This document shows positions 49,499 to 59,737 of a stretch of 64,000 bases of DNA, one piece after another. Within the stretch, counting starts at the first letter, position 1. Every line of letters begins with the position of its first letter. This DNA comes from an uncultured Nitrospinota bacterium (GTDB lineage Bacteria; Tectomicrobia; Entotheonellia; J063; CAVPRW01): positions 128,001 through 192,000 of the forward strand of contig CAVPRW010000017.1 in NCBI GenBank assembly GCA_963707985.1, given 5' to 3'. The position numbers and the translations under genes are program-made. The notes under the pieces are model-generated. The model worked only from the letters and a program-made list of their open reading frames with translations. It was not told the origin of the DNA and searched no databases.

Positions 49499-50040
49499 GT
49501 TCATGACCTCGAAGACAAGCAATTTAATTTATTACCAAAAACGGTGATAAATGGCGACCAGAGAACCGCCCCCAGCCGTGTAGGGTGATCCGGTGGGGAG
49601 GGTCCGGCAGCAGAGGCCGAACAGAGTGGCTTGTAGGAGTATGCGGGTTGGGGGCGGTTCAGATTTCACCAGTATGTTTCACCAATATGTTCAGATCTGC
49701 ACAGCGAGAAGGGAGGAGACGGAAGATGGGAGAGTCATTGGGAGTTCGTCCCCACAGTTCACGATGATGATACTGGCAAAGTTGACTTCAGCGGTCGCGT
49801 ACTCAGCCTCCGCGAGACTCTGAGCGAGGAGGAGCTCTCGGAGATAGCGCCTGATTCTATACGTGTGTGCCGCTCTCAATTGTGAGTTCACTGGAACCGA
49901 GCTGCCAACGTGGTCTATAATGTACCCCAGAAAGTGGGGTGGTGTTCTGGATTTGTTGATTTTCTTAAGCACCCATGATAGAACCAGACGACTGAGGGTA
50001 CGACATGGCAAGCGGATCGTCCAGCTTTGCGAGGTGTGTG

Positions 50041-50313
50041 ATGGCTTTTGAACCGATTCACTGTCCAACATGTCATGACGTGACAGTGGTGAAATATGGC
50101 AAGACATCTGATGGCAAGCAACGCTTTCGCTGTCAAAATCCTGCGTGTCAGTGTGTGACGTTTCTACGGAATTATACGTATCAGGGGATCTTACCTGAGG
50201 TCAAACGCACCATCGTCGATATGAGCCTCAATGGCAGTGGGATTCGAGATATCGCACGTGTCCTCCACGTGAGTCCGAGTACCGTGATTCATGAATTAAA
50301 AAAAAGAGCCTGA
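50041..50313 (+). CDS. insA: IS1 InsA (Zn-finger plus HTH)
   Basis: CPTC...KYGK....QRFRC.N..C, MSLNGSGIRDIARVL. Confidence 0.9.
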   Translation: MAFEPIHCPTCHDVTVVKYGKTSDGKQRFRCQNPACQCVTFLRNYTYQGILPEVKRTIVDMSLNGSGIRDIARVLHVSPSTVIHELKKRA

Positions 50314-50314
50314 A

Positions 50315-50785
50315 TTGCAACATGTGAATGTAGTCGCATGTCAGCAAATCTCTTCAGTGGAAGCAGAAGTGGAAATTCAGAAAGTTGAAGCCGCGGAGAT
50401 GGATGAGATGTGGAGTTTTGTCGGGAAGAAAGCGCAGCAGCGCTGGTTATGGCATGCCATTGATCATACCAGTGGGGTGATCTTAGCCTATATCTGTGGT
50501 GTACATGAAGATGAGGTCTTTTTACAGTTGAAAGCATATTTACGACCATTTGGTATCTCACGGTTTTATACCGATAATGCAGGGGTGTATAGTCGTCACC
50601 TCGAACCAGACCATCACGAAGTCGGAAAACAGCATACGCAAAAGATCGAACGCAAACATCTCACACTACGGACCCGGATTAAGCGATTAGCCCGGAAGAC
50701 GATCTGCTTTTCGAAATCGATTCTGATGCATGATATTGTGTTGGGATTATTCGTGAATCGTTATGAATTTGCGCTCCCAATCTAG
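50315..50785 (+). CDS. insB: IS1 InsB transposase catalytic part
   Basis: EMDEMWSFVGKK, WLWHAID, YTD, TQKIERKHLTLRTRIKRLARKTICFSKS. Confidence 0.9.
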   Translation: MQHVNVVACQQISSVEAEVEIQKVEAAEMDEMWSFVGKKAQQRWLWHAIDHTSGVILAYICGVHEDEVFLQLKAYLRPFGISRFYTDNAGVYSRHLEPDHHEVGKQHTQKIERKHLTLRTRIKRLARKTICFSKSILMHDIVLGLFVNRYEFALPI

Positions 50786-52094
50786 AAATCGCCTCAACAA
50801 ATCTAGAACATCACCTGATACCACAACCCAACCGGTCACCTGCTGACCCCTCCCCGCACTTAGGAATCAATAAGTTGCGTGAGTTTTACAACGGTAGAAA
50901 AAAAGTCGGCCTTGGGCATTGAGCAGAAGCGGGCGCTGATCGAACCGGCTCACCCGCAGCTGAGTATCCGCCGGCAATGCCTGGTGCTGGGGTTCGCCCG
51001 GTCGACTCTCTATGACCGGCCGTGGGGAGAAAGCGCCGAGCATCTACACCGCATGCGGGTGCTTGATGAGCAGTACACCGCCACCCCGTTTTATGGGATA
51101 CGCCGGATGACGGCCTGGTTGCGGCAGCGGGGCTATGCGGTCAATCCGAAGCGCGTGGGGCGGTTGCTGCGGCAGATGGGGCTGGAAGCGATCTATCCCA
51201 AACCCCGGCTGAGTCAGCCGGCGGCCGGACAGACGCTTTACCCGTATCTGTTGCGCGGGATCACGGATCGACCGGGTCAATCAGGTCTGGCGCGCGGATA
51301 TCACCTATATCCGACTCCGGTTTGGGTTTGTGTACCTGGTGGCGGTGATGGATTGGTTCAGCCGGTATGTGCTGGCTTGGGAGCTTTCGACCACGCTGGA
51401 GACGGGATTTTGTGTGGAGCACTGCAGCACGCGCTTGGCAGGTCTTCGAAGCCAGAGATCTTCAACACCGACCAGGGCGTGCAGTTTACCAGCCCGGAAT
51501 TCCTGGAACCGCTGACGGCCGGAGGAATCCGGATCAGTATGGATGGCCGAGGCCGGGCCTACGATAACATCTTTGTGGAGCGGTTGTGGCGATCCGTTAA
51601 ATACGAAGAGGTTTATCTGCGAGACTATCGAACGCTCTGGGACGCTCGGCACGGGTTGGTGCGTTAATTTGGTGTTTTACCACGGGGAACGACTCCATCA
51701 GGCCCTCGGCTACCGCCCACCAGCAGCGGTATACCGTGGAGGAGAGAGCGCTCCTCAACAGGCTAAGGGCAAAAATATCCGCCGAGGTCCCCACCTAACT
51801 TATTCTGGCCGAAAAATGGTCTGGACAATGGGGTACACTTTACCTTAACGCGCGCCATTAGCATGGGCGTGTGAGATTGCTGTGTCAGTACTCCAGGTGG
51901 GGCCAGGTGTCAAGTGAAAAGCATGAGACGGCTGCTGAGGCGGGAGTTGGAGGGGGGCTGACCGATGAGATGGAGTGACCATCACCGTGGTGTCAGGTGG
52001 CTACCAGCTTCTGCCCGACCCCTCACGGCCATCACCTGTGCGGCGAACTCTACAAAATTGCTGAGATCCAGCACGTCCACGAAATTATATTCTG

Positions 52095-52325
52095 GTGAGA
52101 CTCTCCTCCAGCGGTTGCCGCAACACCTCCAAGACATGGTGCCGGAACTCGGGGAGTTCATCCAGAACGAGCACGCCGTTGTGGGCCAGCGGCACCTCGC
52201 TCGGCACCGGCACCTGGCCGCCACCAATCAGCCACGCATCCGATATCATGTGATGCGGGGGGCGACACGGTCGGGTGGTGATCAACGCCATGCGGTCGCC
52301 AGCCACGCCTCGTATGTGCACCGTC
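52095..52325 (-). repeat. Internal yifB/comM gene fragment, copy 2 (degenerate)
   Basis: [57 protein letters not shown], then diverges and stops. Confidence 0.85.
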
Positions 52326-52466
52326 ATGCACCCGCATCGTTGACACGCCCATGAAGCCCCCCTACACTGGGGTGACGCATACAGTTTTCGACCATGGGGA
52401 TAGGCAAGCGCATGACGAGGACGAAGGGGCGAGGCCAATCGCATTGCCCTGCTCTCGGCGCTGGGC

Positions 52467-53807
52467 ATGGATGCCATGAAGAGCAGGGAACACCAGGGAG
52501 TCATCATGCGAGACGGGGAGACGCAGCCTGGCGCCGTCATCGGTGCACGAGGGAACGGTGCGGTGTGCCGCCGCCGCTGGGTGGCGCGCGTGGCGTTGCT
52601 GAGCCTGCTCGGGCTCTGGGGGAGCCTCGGGTGGGGGCGAGGGGTTGGCATCGCTCTGCCGATCGACTACTTTGCATTGGGGGATTCGGTGGCCTCTGGC
52701 TATGGACTGGGCGACGATGAGACGCTCTGTCGTCAGTCTATGCTGGCATAACCTTGGCAGCTCTATGCGCGTTTGCAGGAGACCTTCATCGTGCACCAGT
52801 TCGATCTCCTGGCCTGTTCGGGCACCACCACGGAAACGCTCGCGGGCCAAGTCTCCGAGGTCCTGAGCCGCCTCGCGGTGCACCCCACCCTCATCACGCT
52901 GACGGTGGGGGCGAATGATTTTGGTTGGTCTGACGTGTCTGCATTCGCGCAGCACCTCTGCACCCCGGACGACTAGACGTTTCATGCCTGGCTCGAGGGC
53001 ATCACGCGGACCGTCGAAGACCACCTGGTCGGGCAACTCTCCCGCGTGCTCGCCTACCCCCAGGTCGAGGTCATCCTGACGGATTACTACAACCCGACCA
53101 ACGTGTCCGGGGCGTTTTGGAAGGGGGTGCGTCCCCAGTGCGTGTTCGTCGACGTGTACGACCGGAGCGAGGAAGTGGCTCGTGCGCTGAACGCGGCGAT
53201 ATCGCAGGCGTCGCAACGCATGGGGAGTCCCAGCTTCGTGCAGGTGGCCACGGTGCACGAAGCCTTCCAGGGGCATGAAGCCCCACGTCCTTGGTGTGGT
53301 ACGGCGCCCCCCGATCAGGGGGACACGTGGATCCAATATCCGACGGATCCCGATTCGAATGCCACGCCGGTGGGCGGGGATTGTTTCCACCTGAATCGGG
53401 CCGGCGCGGAGTATTACGCCGAGACAGTGCTGGGGCTAATCCCTCCAGATCTGGGGTGGCCCTTGCGGCTGCGGGTAAATGACGGCACCCTGTCTCCCGG
53501 CGAGACCCTCACCCTGACCGTGACGACCCTCCCTGAATCTACCACTCTGGTGGTGGACCTCTATGTGGCTCTGCAACTCCCGGATCAGCAGGTCTGGTTC
53601 CTGAGCCGTGACGGGAGTCTCATGCCCGCGATCCAGCCCTACGTGGATCAATGGCCGGTCATGCCGTTCCGCGGCGAGCTCTTCCGCTACACGTTGACGG
53701 GCGCGGAACCACCTGGGCACTATGTCTGGCTGGCCGCCTTCATCGACCCAGGGACGGGGATGATCATTGGGAGCATGGCACAAGCGCCGTTTACCATCAC
53801 TCCCTAG
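52467..53807 (+). pseudogene. Secreted SGNH/GDSL hydrolase with a C-terminal Ig-like domain; two in-frame stops
   Basis: ALGDSVASG, TVGAND and DCFHLN blocks all in one frame, broken by TAA 52749-52751 and TAG 52974-52976. Confidence 0.8.
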
Positions 53808-54282
53808 GGCATGCAATCTAGGGGCACCCCTTGCCCCGCTCGTCCTATGCGGCCCACATGGCCGCCAGCACGTCTGCTCACCGGTAGGCCGAACGCACGA
53901 GTGGGCAGTCTGCCCAGGGGCATGGCACAGCTCGCGGTCATCTTCGGGGAGGAATTCCCTGCCGTGCTGGCCCTGGCTGCCAGCGAGGTCACCCTCACGA
54001 GTGTGTCGATCGACACAGCCGACAGAGAAGGGCGGCCCTTCGACGGTGTCTTGATCGGCCCAGCAAGTACCAACCATGAAGCGCGCACCATACCTGTCCG
54101 CGCGGCGGCAGCTGGCCCCAACCGATCAACCCGACATCCGAGCTCGTATGGGCGGCCTCCCCAAAGGTCTCCTTGGGCTACGTGCGCCGGACGCGTATTC
54201 AAGGCAGGGAATGCGCCGTAAGCGCTGTCGCTCCCTGATCCACCCACACGGATGAGGCGCGGCTCCAAGCCGTGTGCGACCC

Positions 54283-54310
54283 TTGACACTATCATCTCAT
54301 TGGTTATCTT
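54283..54310 (+). promoter_or_regulatory. Sigma70-like promoter, probably giving a leaderless mRNA
   Basis: TTGACA-N16-TATCTT ending 7 nt before ATG 54318; no Shine-Dalgarno sequence. Confidence 0.45.
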
Positions 54311-54317
54311 TGAAGAT

Positions 54318-55343
54318 ATGGCAACTGCTCACGACCATCCCCCAGCACGCTCGTATGACATTGCTGCCTGGCTGCTCACTGGTGGGGCACTACTCCTCGT
54401 GCTGCTGCTCCATTTATTGCCGGCGTTCCTCGCGGGACTCTTCGTCCACGAACTGGTGCACGTCCTGGCCCCCCGGCTCAAGATGGTCCGGATTCGTCAG
54501 GAGCAAGGCAAGCTCGCCGCCGTCGCGATCCTGGCCCTGGGGGTCGTGCTCCTCCTCACGCTCGCCGTGGTGGGGATCATCGCCTTCTTTCGCAGTGAGG
54601 CGGGCAGCCTGCCGACGCTCTTGCATCAGATGGCCGATATCCTGGAGCGATGGCGGACGGTGCTGCCGGCCAGGGTGGTGGCGTATCTTCCAGAGGACGT
54701 GGAGGCATTGAGGGCGACCACTGTGGCCTGGTTGCGTACACATGCGGGAGCCCTGCCGCACGCGGGCGCAGCGGTGGGACGCACCTTGGCACACATCCTG
54801 ATTGGGTTGGGGATCGGCGCCTTGGTGGCGCTGTATGACGCCCAGCCCCCCGAGACCGTCGGGCCGCTCGCGCATGCGCTGCAGGAGCGCGCCAGCCGCC
54901 TCGGCGAGGCGTTCCGCCGCGTGGTGTTCGCTCAGGTGCGCATCTCGGCCGTCAACACGATTCTGACCGCATTGTATCTGATCGTTGCCCTCCCCCTGGT
55001 GGGCGTCCATCTGCCGCTGGCCAAAACGATGCTGGCCGTCACATTCGTCGTGGGGCTCCTCCCGGTGGTCGGGAATCTCCTCTCCAATACCGTCATCGTG
55101 ATCCTGAGCCTCAGCGTCTCACCGGCGGTGGCGGTCGCCTCGCTCGTCTTCCTCGTCGTCATCCACAAACTCGAGTATGTTCTGAATGCGCACCTCGTCG
55201 GCACCCAGGTGCAGGCGCATGCCTGGGAGTTGCTACTCGCCATGCTCGTCATGGAGGCCGCCTTCGGTATCCCTGGGCTCATTGCAGCCCCGATTTATTA
55301 CGCCTACCTCAAGTCTGAGCTCGTGAGCCGCAAGCTGGTATAG
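54318..55343 (+). CDS. AI-2E/PerM family transporter
   Basis: Multi-TM protein; AQVRISAVNT, GLLPVVGNL, IHKLEY.LNA. Confidence 0.85.
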   Translation: MATAHDHPPARSYDIAAWLLTGGALLLVLLLHLLPAFLAGLFVHELVHVLAPRLKMVRIRQEQGKLAAVAILALGVVLLLTLAVVGIIAFFRSEAGSLPTLLHQMADILERWRTVLPARVVAYLPEDVEALRATTVAWLRTHAGALPHAGAAVGRTLAHILIGLGIGALVALYDAQPPETVGPLAHALQERASRLGEAFRRVVFAQVRISAVNTILTALYLIVALPLVGVHLPLAKTMLAVTFVVGLLPVVGNLLSNTVIVILSLSVSPAVAVASLVFLVVIHKLEYVLNAHLVGTQVQAHAWELLLAMLVMEAAFGIPGLIAAPIYYAYLKSELVSRKLV

Positions 55344-56044
55344 GAGAGTTGCGCCCTCTCGAAGGGCTTGCGATCATTACCAGCGCTCATGCCACCAGGG
55401 GAGGGCCATCTGTTCAGGCCTGGAGCGAGGGCTGCACCACCCGATTCCAGCATGGCGCATCCTCAAAGCCGAGGACGCAATCCGGGTGCTTCGGTCCGAG
55501 ACGGATCAGACGATCTCTGCGGGCTTTCTTCGCCACGTCATGAGAATGGGGGCCGGTCATCCAGAATTTGGCCCGCTTCCAGCTCATCCCGACCCGGGCC
55601 CAAAGTATCGCGAATAGTTAGGCGCTTAGTTGTCGCAGCGTGATCCGGAACTCGAAACGGACCTCTGCTCAGGACTGAATTGTGCCGGCTTTCGGGTTAG
55701 AGGCCGGCGCTCAGCCTTAATGAGGGAGAAATTAGGCAGTCTCATCCTTGAGTCTATGCTGAGGGGTGCGCCCCCGGACCGCAGCACCAATGTTGCAGCC
55801 TGAACGCTGATTCAAAAGACTTTAGATGATTCATATTAGAGATGTAATCTCATTGTTGATAATTTTCGGTAAATGCTCATGCTGGCTTGCATAAATGCTG
55901 TGCAGTTCCCCCGGGTGAACTCAGAGTTGAGACAGCATTCCCGTTTCTTCGTGGTCTGCCGTGCTCGCGATAGCTGCGGGCTGGTGGACCCCCAATACCC
56001 AGCCGCAGCAATAAGTAGCTCAGACATGAGAATGGGCTCCGCTA

Positions 56045-56060
56045 CGGCATTAATCTTGCT
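56045..56060 (+). promoter_or_regulatory. Sigma54 promoter candidate for prkA-yeaH-spoVR
   Basis: CGGCATTAATCTTGCT (GG-N10-GC), about 525 nt upstream of the prkA ATG. Confidence 0.45.
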
Positions 56061-56585
56061 CAATGTAAACTGACAGTCAGAGCCTGATTGTTGAGACGCA
56101 CCCATTCCAACGCATTCTAACGCGTCCCTTCGAGGCGCAAAAGCTCCATGCGAAGAGGCTTGGGGCACGACTCTCAGCTGTCCTTCGCCGGGGTAGACCT
56201 GACGGTTGGATGATATCAGCTGTGGCGCTCATTCCTGGAGGAGCACTTTGCTATCCTAGCGGCCAGAACTTTGTGGTGGCGCGGGAGGGTGAGACGCCCA
56301 ATGGAGCAGGCCTTTCCCATCGGACTGCCCAGTCAGCGACCAGCTCCCGTTCTCACGGCGGCGATGGACCTTGACCGCCCGACGGGCGGTGTTGTCGGGT
56401 TTATGGATGAATGGTTATTACGTATTTCGGCAAAACTTGGAGGGAGCATCATCAGGGAAATAGCCGGTATCACGCCGCGAATCGCTGGGGTGCAGCAGCT
56501 CCATGGGTAGCGCGGCAGCATGAGGGCAGTGCAATTGCCGCTCACGCCCATAGCGCGCAGCAATGGTGAGGCAAGGAAGGAATTA

Positions 56586-58491
56586 ATGGACGACATCTTC
56601 AAGAAAATCGATGAACACACCCAGAAGTATCGTGTGAGTCATTGGGACGGCACTTTCCGCGACTATCTCCCGATGGTGCTTGAGAACCCCAAGCTCGCGC
56701 AACTGGCCCATGCTCGCATCTACGATATGGTCCGCTCCTACGGTGTGGACATAGACGACCAGGGGAATGAACGCTTCCACTTCTTCGCACGGGAACTCTT
56801 TGGGATTGACGAGGCGCTGGCGAAAGTGGTGGAATACCTCAAAGCAGCTGCTACCGGCTCAGATGTCGGCAAGCGCGTTCTGATGCTGTACGGCCCCCCT
56901 TCATCCGGCAAGAGTCAACTGGCGATCTTGCTCAAACGCGGCTTGGAGGCATCTACGCATACCGACAGCGGCGCCGTCTATGCCATCACGGATTGTCCAC
57001 AGCATGAAAATCCCCTGCATCTCATCCCGCACCCGTTGCGGCAGGACCTCCTGGATGACTATGGCATCTACATCGAGGGGGAGCTGTGCCCGATGTGTGC
57101 GCTCAATCTCCGGGACAAATACGACAAGGACATCTACCGCGTGCCGGTCCAGCGCATCTTCTTTTCGGAAAAGGATCGGACGGCCATCGGCACCTTCGTG
57201 CCGTCGGATCCCAAGAGTCAGGACATCTCTGAGCTGGTGGGCAGCATCGATCTGGCCACCGTCGGCGAATTCGGCGCGGAATCCGACCCGCGGGCGTATC
57301 GCTTCGACGGCGAGCTCAACATCGCCAACCGCGGCATGATTGAGTTCATCGAGATGCTCAAGGCCGACGAGCGCTTTCTCTATATCCTCCTCACGCTCAC
57401 CCAGGAGAAGAACATCAAGACCGGCCGCTTCTCGCTGATCTATGCCGATGAGTTCGTCATCGCCCACACCAACGAGGCCGAGTTCAAAGAATTTCTGGCC
57501 GACAAGAAATCCGAAGCGCTGCAGGATCGCATGATCATGGTGCAGATGCCCTACAATCTGCGCGCCTCCGCTGAGGTGAACATCTATGAGAAGCTCTTGA
57601 AACGGGCCAGCCTCGGCACGATTGCACATCGCGCCGCATGCGCTGGAGGTGGCCGCCATGTTCGCCGTCCTGTCGCGCCTGGAAGAGCCGAAGATGGCGG
57701 GGCTGACGCTGGTCAAGAAAATGCGCCTGTACGACGGGCAGGAGGTCGAGGGCTTCCGGCAAAAGGACATCAAGCTGATCAAAGCCCAGACCGAGCGCGA
57801 GGGCATGGATGGCATCTCGCCGCGCTTTGTCATCAACCGCATCTCCTCCTCGCTGATCCGGCCCAATACCAAGTGCATCAATCCCATCGACGTCTTACGC
57901 GCCATCAAGGATGGCTTCGATACGTACAGCGCGTTCAAGCGTGAGGACCGGGAGAAGCTCGATAATTTGATCGCCGACGTGCGCCGCGAATACGACGAAA
58001 TCGCCAGGAACGACGTGCAGAAGGCCTTTTTTGTGTCCTTCGAGCAGGAAGCCTTGACGTTGCTCGACAATTATCTCGACCATGTCGAGGCCTATCTCGA
58101 CGATAAGAAACTCATGGATCCCCTGACGGAGGAAGAGCGCGAGCCCGATGAGAAGCTGATGCGCTCCATCGAAGACAAGGTGAAAGTTCCCGAAAGCGGC
58201 AAAGACGCCTTCCGCAACGAGATCTTTCGCAAGGTCGCGATGGCCCAGCGCCGCGGCGAACACTTCGACTACACGACGCATGAAAAACTGAAAGAAGCCA
58301 TCGAAAAACAGCTCTTCGAGGAGCGGCGGGATACGATCAAGTTGACCGTGTCGACGCGCAATCCGGATCAGGATCAACTCCGCAAGATCAACGAGGTGGT
58401 CGACACCCTCGTGCGCAAGGAGAGCTATTGCGCCGAATGTGCCAACGAGCTGCTGAAATACGTGAGTAGCTTGCTGGCGCGGGAGAAGTAA
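56586..58491 (+). CDS. prkA: PrkA/YeaG AAA+ serine kinase; +1 frameshift near 57622
   Basis: GPPSSGKS, QDISELVGSID, FDGELNIANRG, EALQDR, then HIAPHALE, EGMDGISPR; ACGATTGCAC corrected to ACG ATG CAC joins the halves. Confidence 0.92.
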
Positions 58492-58493
58492 CG

Positions 58494-59681
58494 ATGTCAG
58501 ACATCCCGTGGGACCTGCGGCGGCGGGCCCTCAAAGACAGCATCCGCCACGACACGCGCGTCAAGGACGCCATTCGCAAAAACCTCAAGGAGCTCATCGC
58601 CGAGGAGAATATCATCACCTCCGACGGTCGGAAGCTGGTGAAAATCCCCCTGCGCTACCTCGATCAGTACCGCTTCCGCTTTGGCCAGATGGGGAGTGGG
58701 ACGGGACAGGGGAAGGGCCACGTGGGTGATGTCATTGCGCGCGAGAGCGACCGCGGTGACGGCAGCGAGCAGCCGGGAGATCAGCCGGGCGAGCAGGTCT
58801 ATGAGGCCGAAATCTCGGTAGAAGAACTGACGCGCATGATGTTAGAGGACCTGGCGCTGCCGTGGCTCGAGGACAAGGAAACGCAGCAAATCACCACGAA
58901 CACGTATAACTTCGACGATGTGCGCCGCAAGGGCTCGATGGCTAATCTGGATAAAAAGCGCACGTTGCTCGAAAACCTGAAACGCCATGCCGCAGACGGA
59001 CAGCCCAAGGTTGGAGGATTTCGCGATGCCGATCTGCGCTTCAAGGTGTGGAACGTGCGCGAGGAGCATCACTCCAACGCGGCGGTGTATCTCTTGATGG
59101 ATCGTAGTGGCTCGATGACCACCGGGAGGAAATACATCGCCAAGAGCTTTTTCTTCTGGCTCGTACGCTTCCTCAAGCTGAAATATCAAACCGTGGACAT
59201 GGTGTTCATCGCCCACGACACCGAGGCGCAGGTCGTCCCGGAGCAGGATTTTTTCACTATTAGCAACAGCGGCGGCACCATGTGCTCCTCCGCTTACCGG
59301 GTGGCTCTGGAGCACATCCAGCAGTACCATCCGCAGCCGCGCTGGAACAACTATGTCTTTCACTTCTCGGATGGCGACAATTGGCACGACGATGATGCGC
59401 GCTGCAAGGCGCTCGTCACCCAGCTCCTCGATCATGTAGCGATGATAGGGTATGGGGAGATTCACTACCAGGACGAATCCACCTTCTATGGGTGGGGCAC
59501 GTCGTTCAATTCGGCATGGAGTACCCTACACAAAGAGCTGAGTACGATCGCGCATCCGCGATTTAATACCGTGGCCATCAAGCAGAAGGCAGACGTGTAC
59601 CAGGCTTTGCAGACCTTCCTCGGGAGACGCGAGGGGGCGGGTAGCCTCTCCGAGCCGGGCCACATCACTCCTTCTGCATAA
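58494..59681 (+). CDS. yeaH: YeaH/YhbH (DUF444, vWA) protein
   Basis: MDRSGSM, FIAHDTEA, SGGTMCSS, HFSDGDN. Confidence 0.9.
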   Translation: MSDIPWDLRRRALKDSIRHDTRVKDAIRKNLKELIAEENIITSDGRKLVKIPLRYLDQYRFRFGQMGSGTGQGKGHVGDVIARESDRGDGSEQPGDQPGEQVYEAEISVEELTRMMLEDLALPWLEDKETQQITTNTYNFDDVRRKGSMANLDKKRTLLENLKRHAADGQPKVGGFRDADLRFKVWNVREEHHSNAAVYLLMDRSGSMTTGRKYIAKSFFFWLVRFLKLKYQTVDMVFIAHDTEAQVVPEQDFFTISNSGGTMCSSAYRVALEHIQQYHPQPRWNNYVFHFSDGDNWHDDDARCKALVTQLLDHVAMIGYGEIHYQDESTFYGWGTSFNSAWSTLHKELSTIAHPRFNTVAIKQKADVYQALQTFLGRREGAGSLSEPGHITPSA

Positions 59682-59737
59682 TAGGCGGTGAGCTCAGAGT
59701 GAGGGGCGCACTAACGGCTGTTAAGCAAGGTGGGGCA

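Larger units (their letters stand above)
49938..50815 (+). mobile_element. IS1-family insertion sequence (878 bp)
   Basis: 22-bp terminal inverted repeats GGTGGTGTTCTGGATTTGTTGA / GGTGATGTTCTAGATTTGTTGA; insA and insB joined by an A8 run. Confidence 0.92.
49921..51837 (+). mobile_element. Defective IS3-family element (orfA lost, orfB frameshifted) with an IS1 nested in its putative left end
   Basis: Ends TGTACCCCA... and ...TGGGGTACA; orfB motifs LSIRRQC, PFYGIRRM, ADITYI, IFNTDQG.QFT, MDGRGRAYDNIFVERLWRSVKYE. Confidence 0.75.

Noticed and set aside
49675..49920. Possible frameshifted small gene cut by the IS3/IS1 insertion
   Set aside because: Reads as protein-like but has no recognisable motif; cannot be supported without a homology search.
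52749..52976. Stop-codon recoding (pyrrolysine or alternative code) in the SGNH gene
   Set aside because: The two stops differ (TAA and TAG), and both codons terminate many intact genes in this window.
53811..54221. 136-aa ORF between the SGNH pseudogene and the AI-2E gene
   Set aside because: Low-information Pro/Arg-rich translation with no RBS or motif; at most a gene remnant.
57600..57640. Programmed frameshift or split two-gene prkA
   Set aside because: No slippery sequence; a single extra T explains the break, matching the other +1 insertions.
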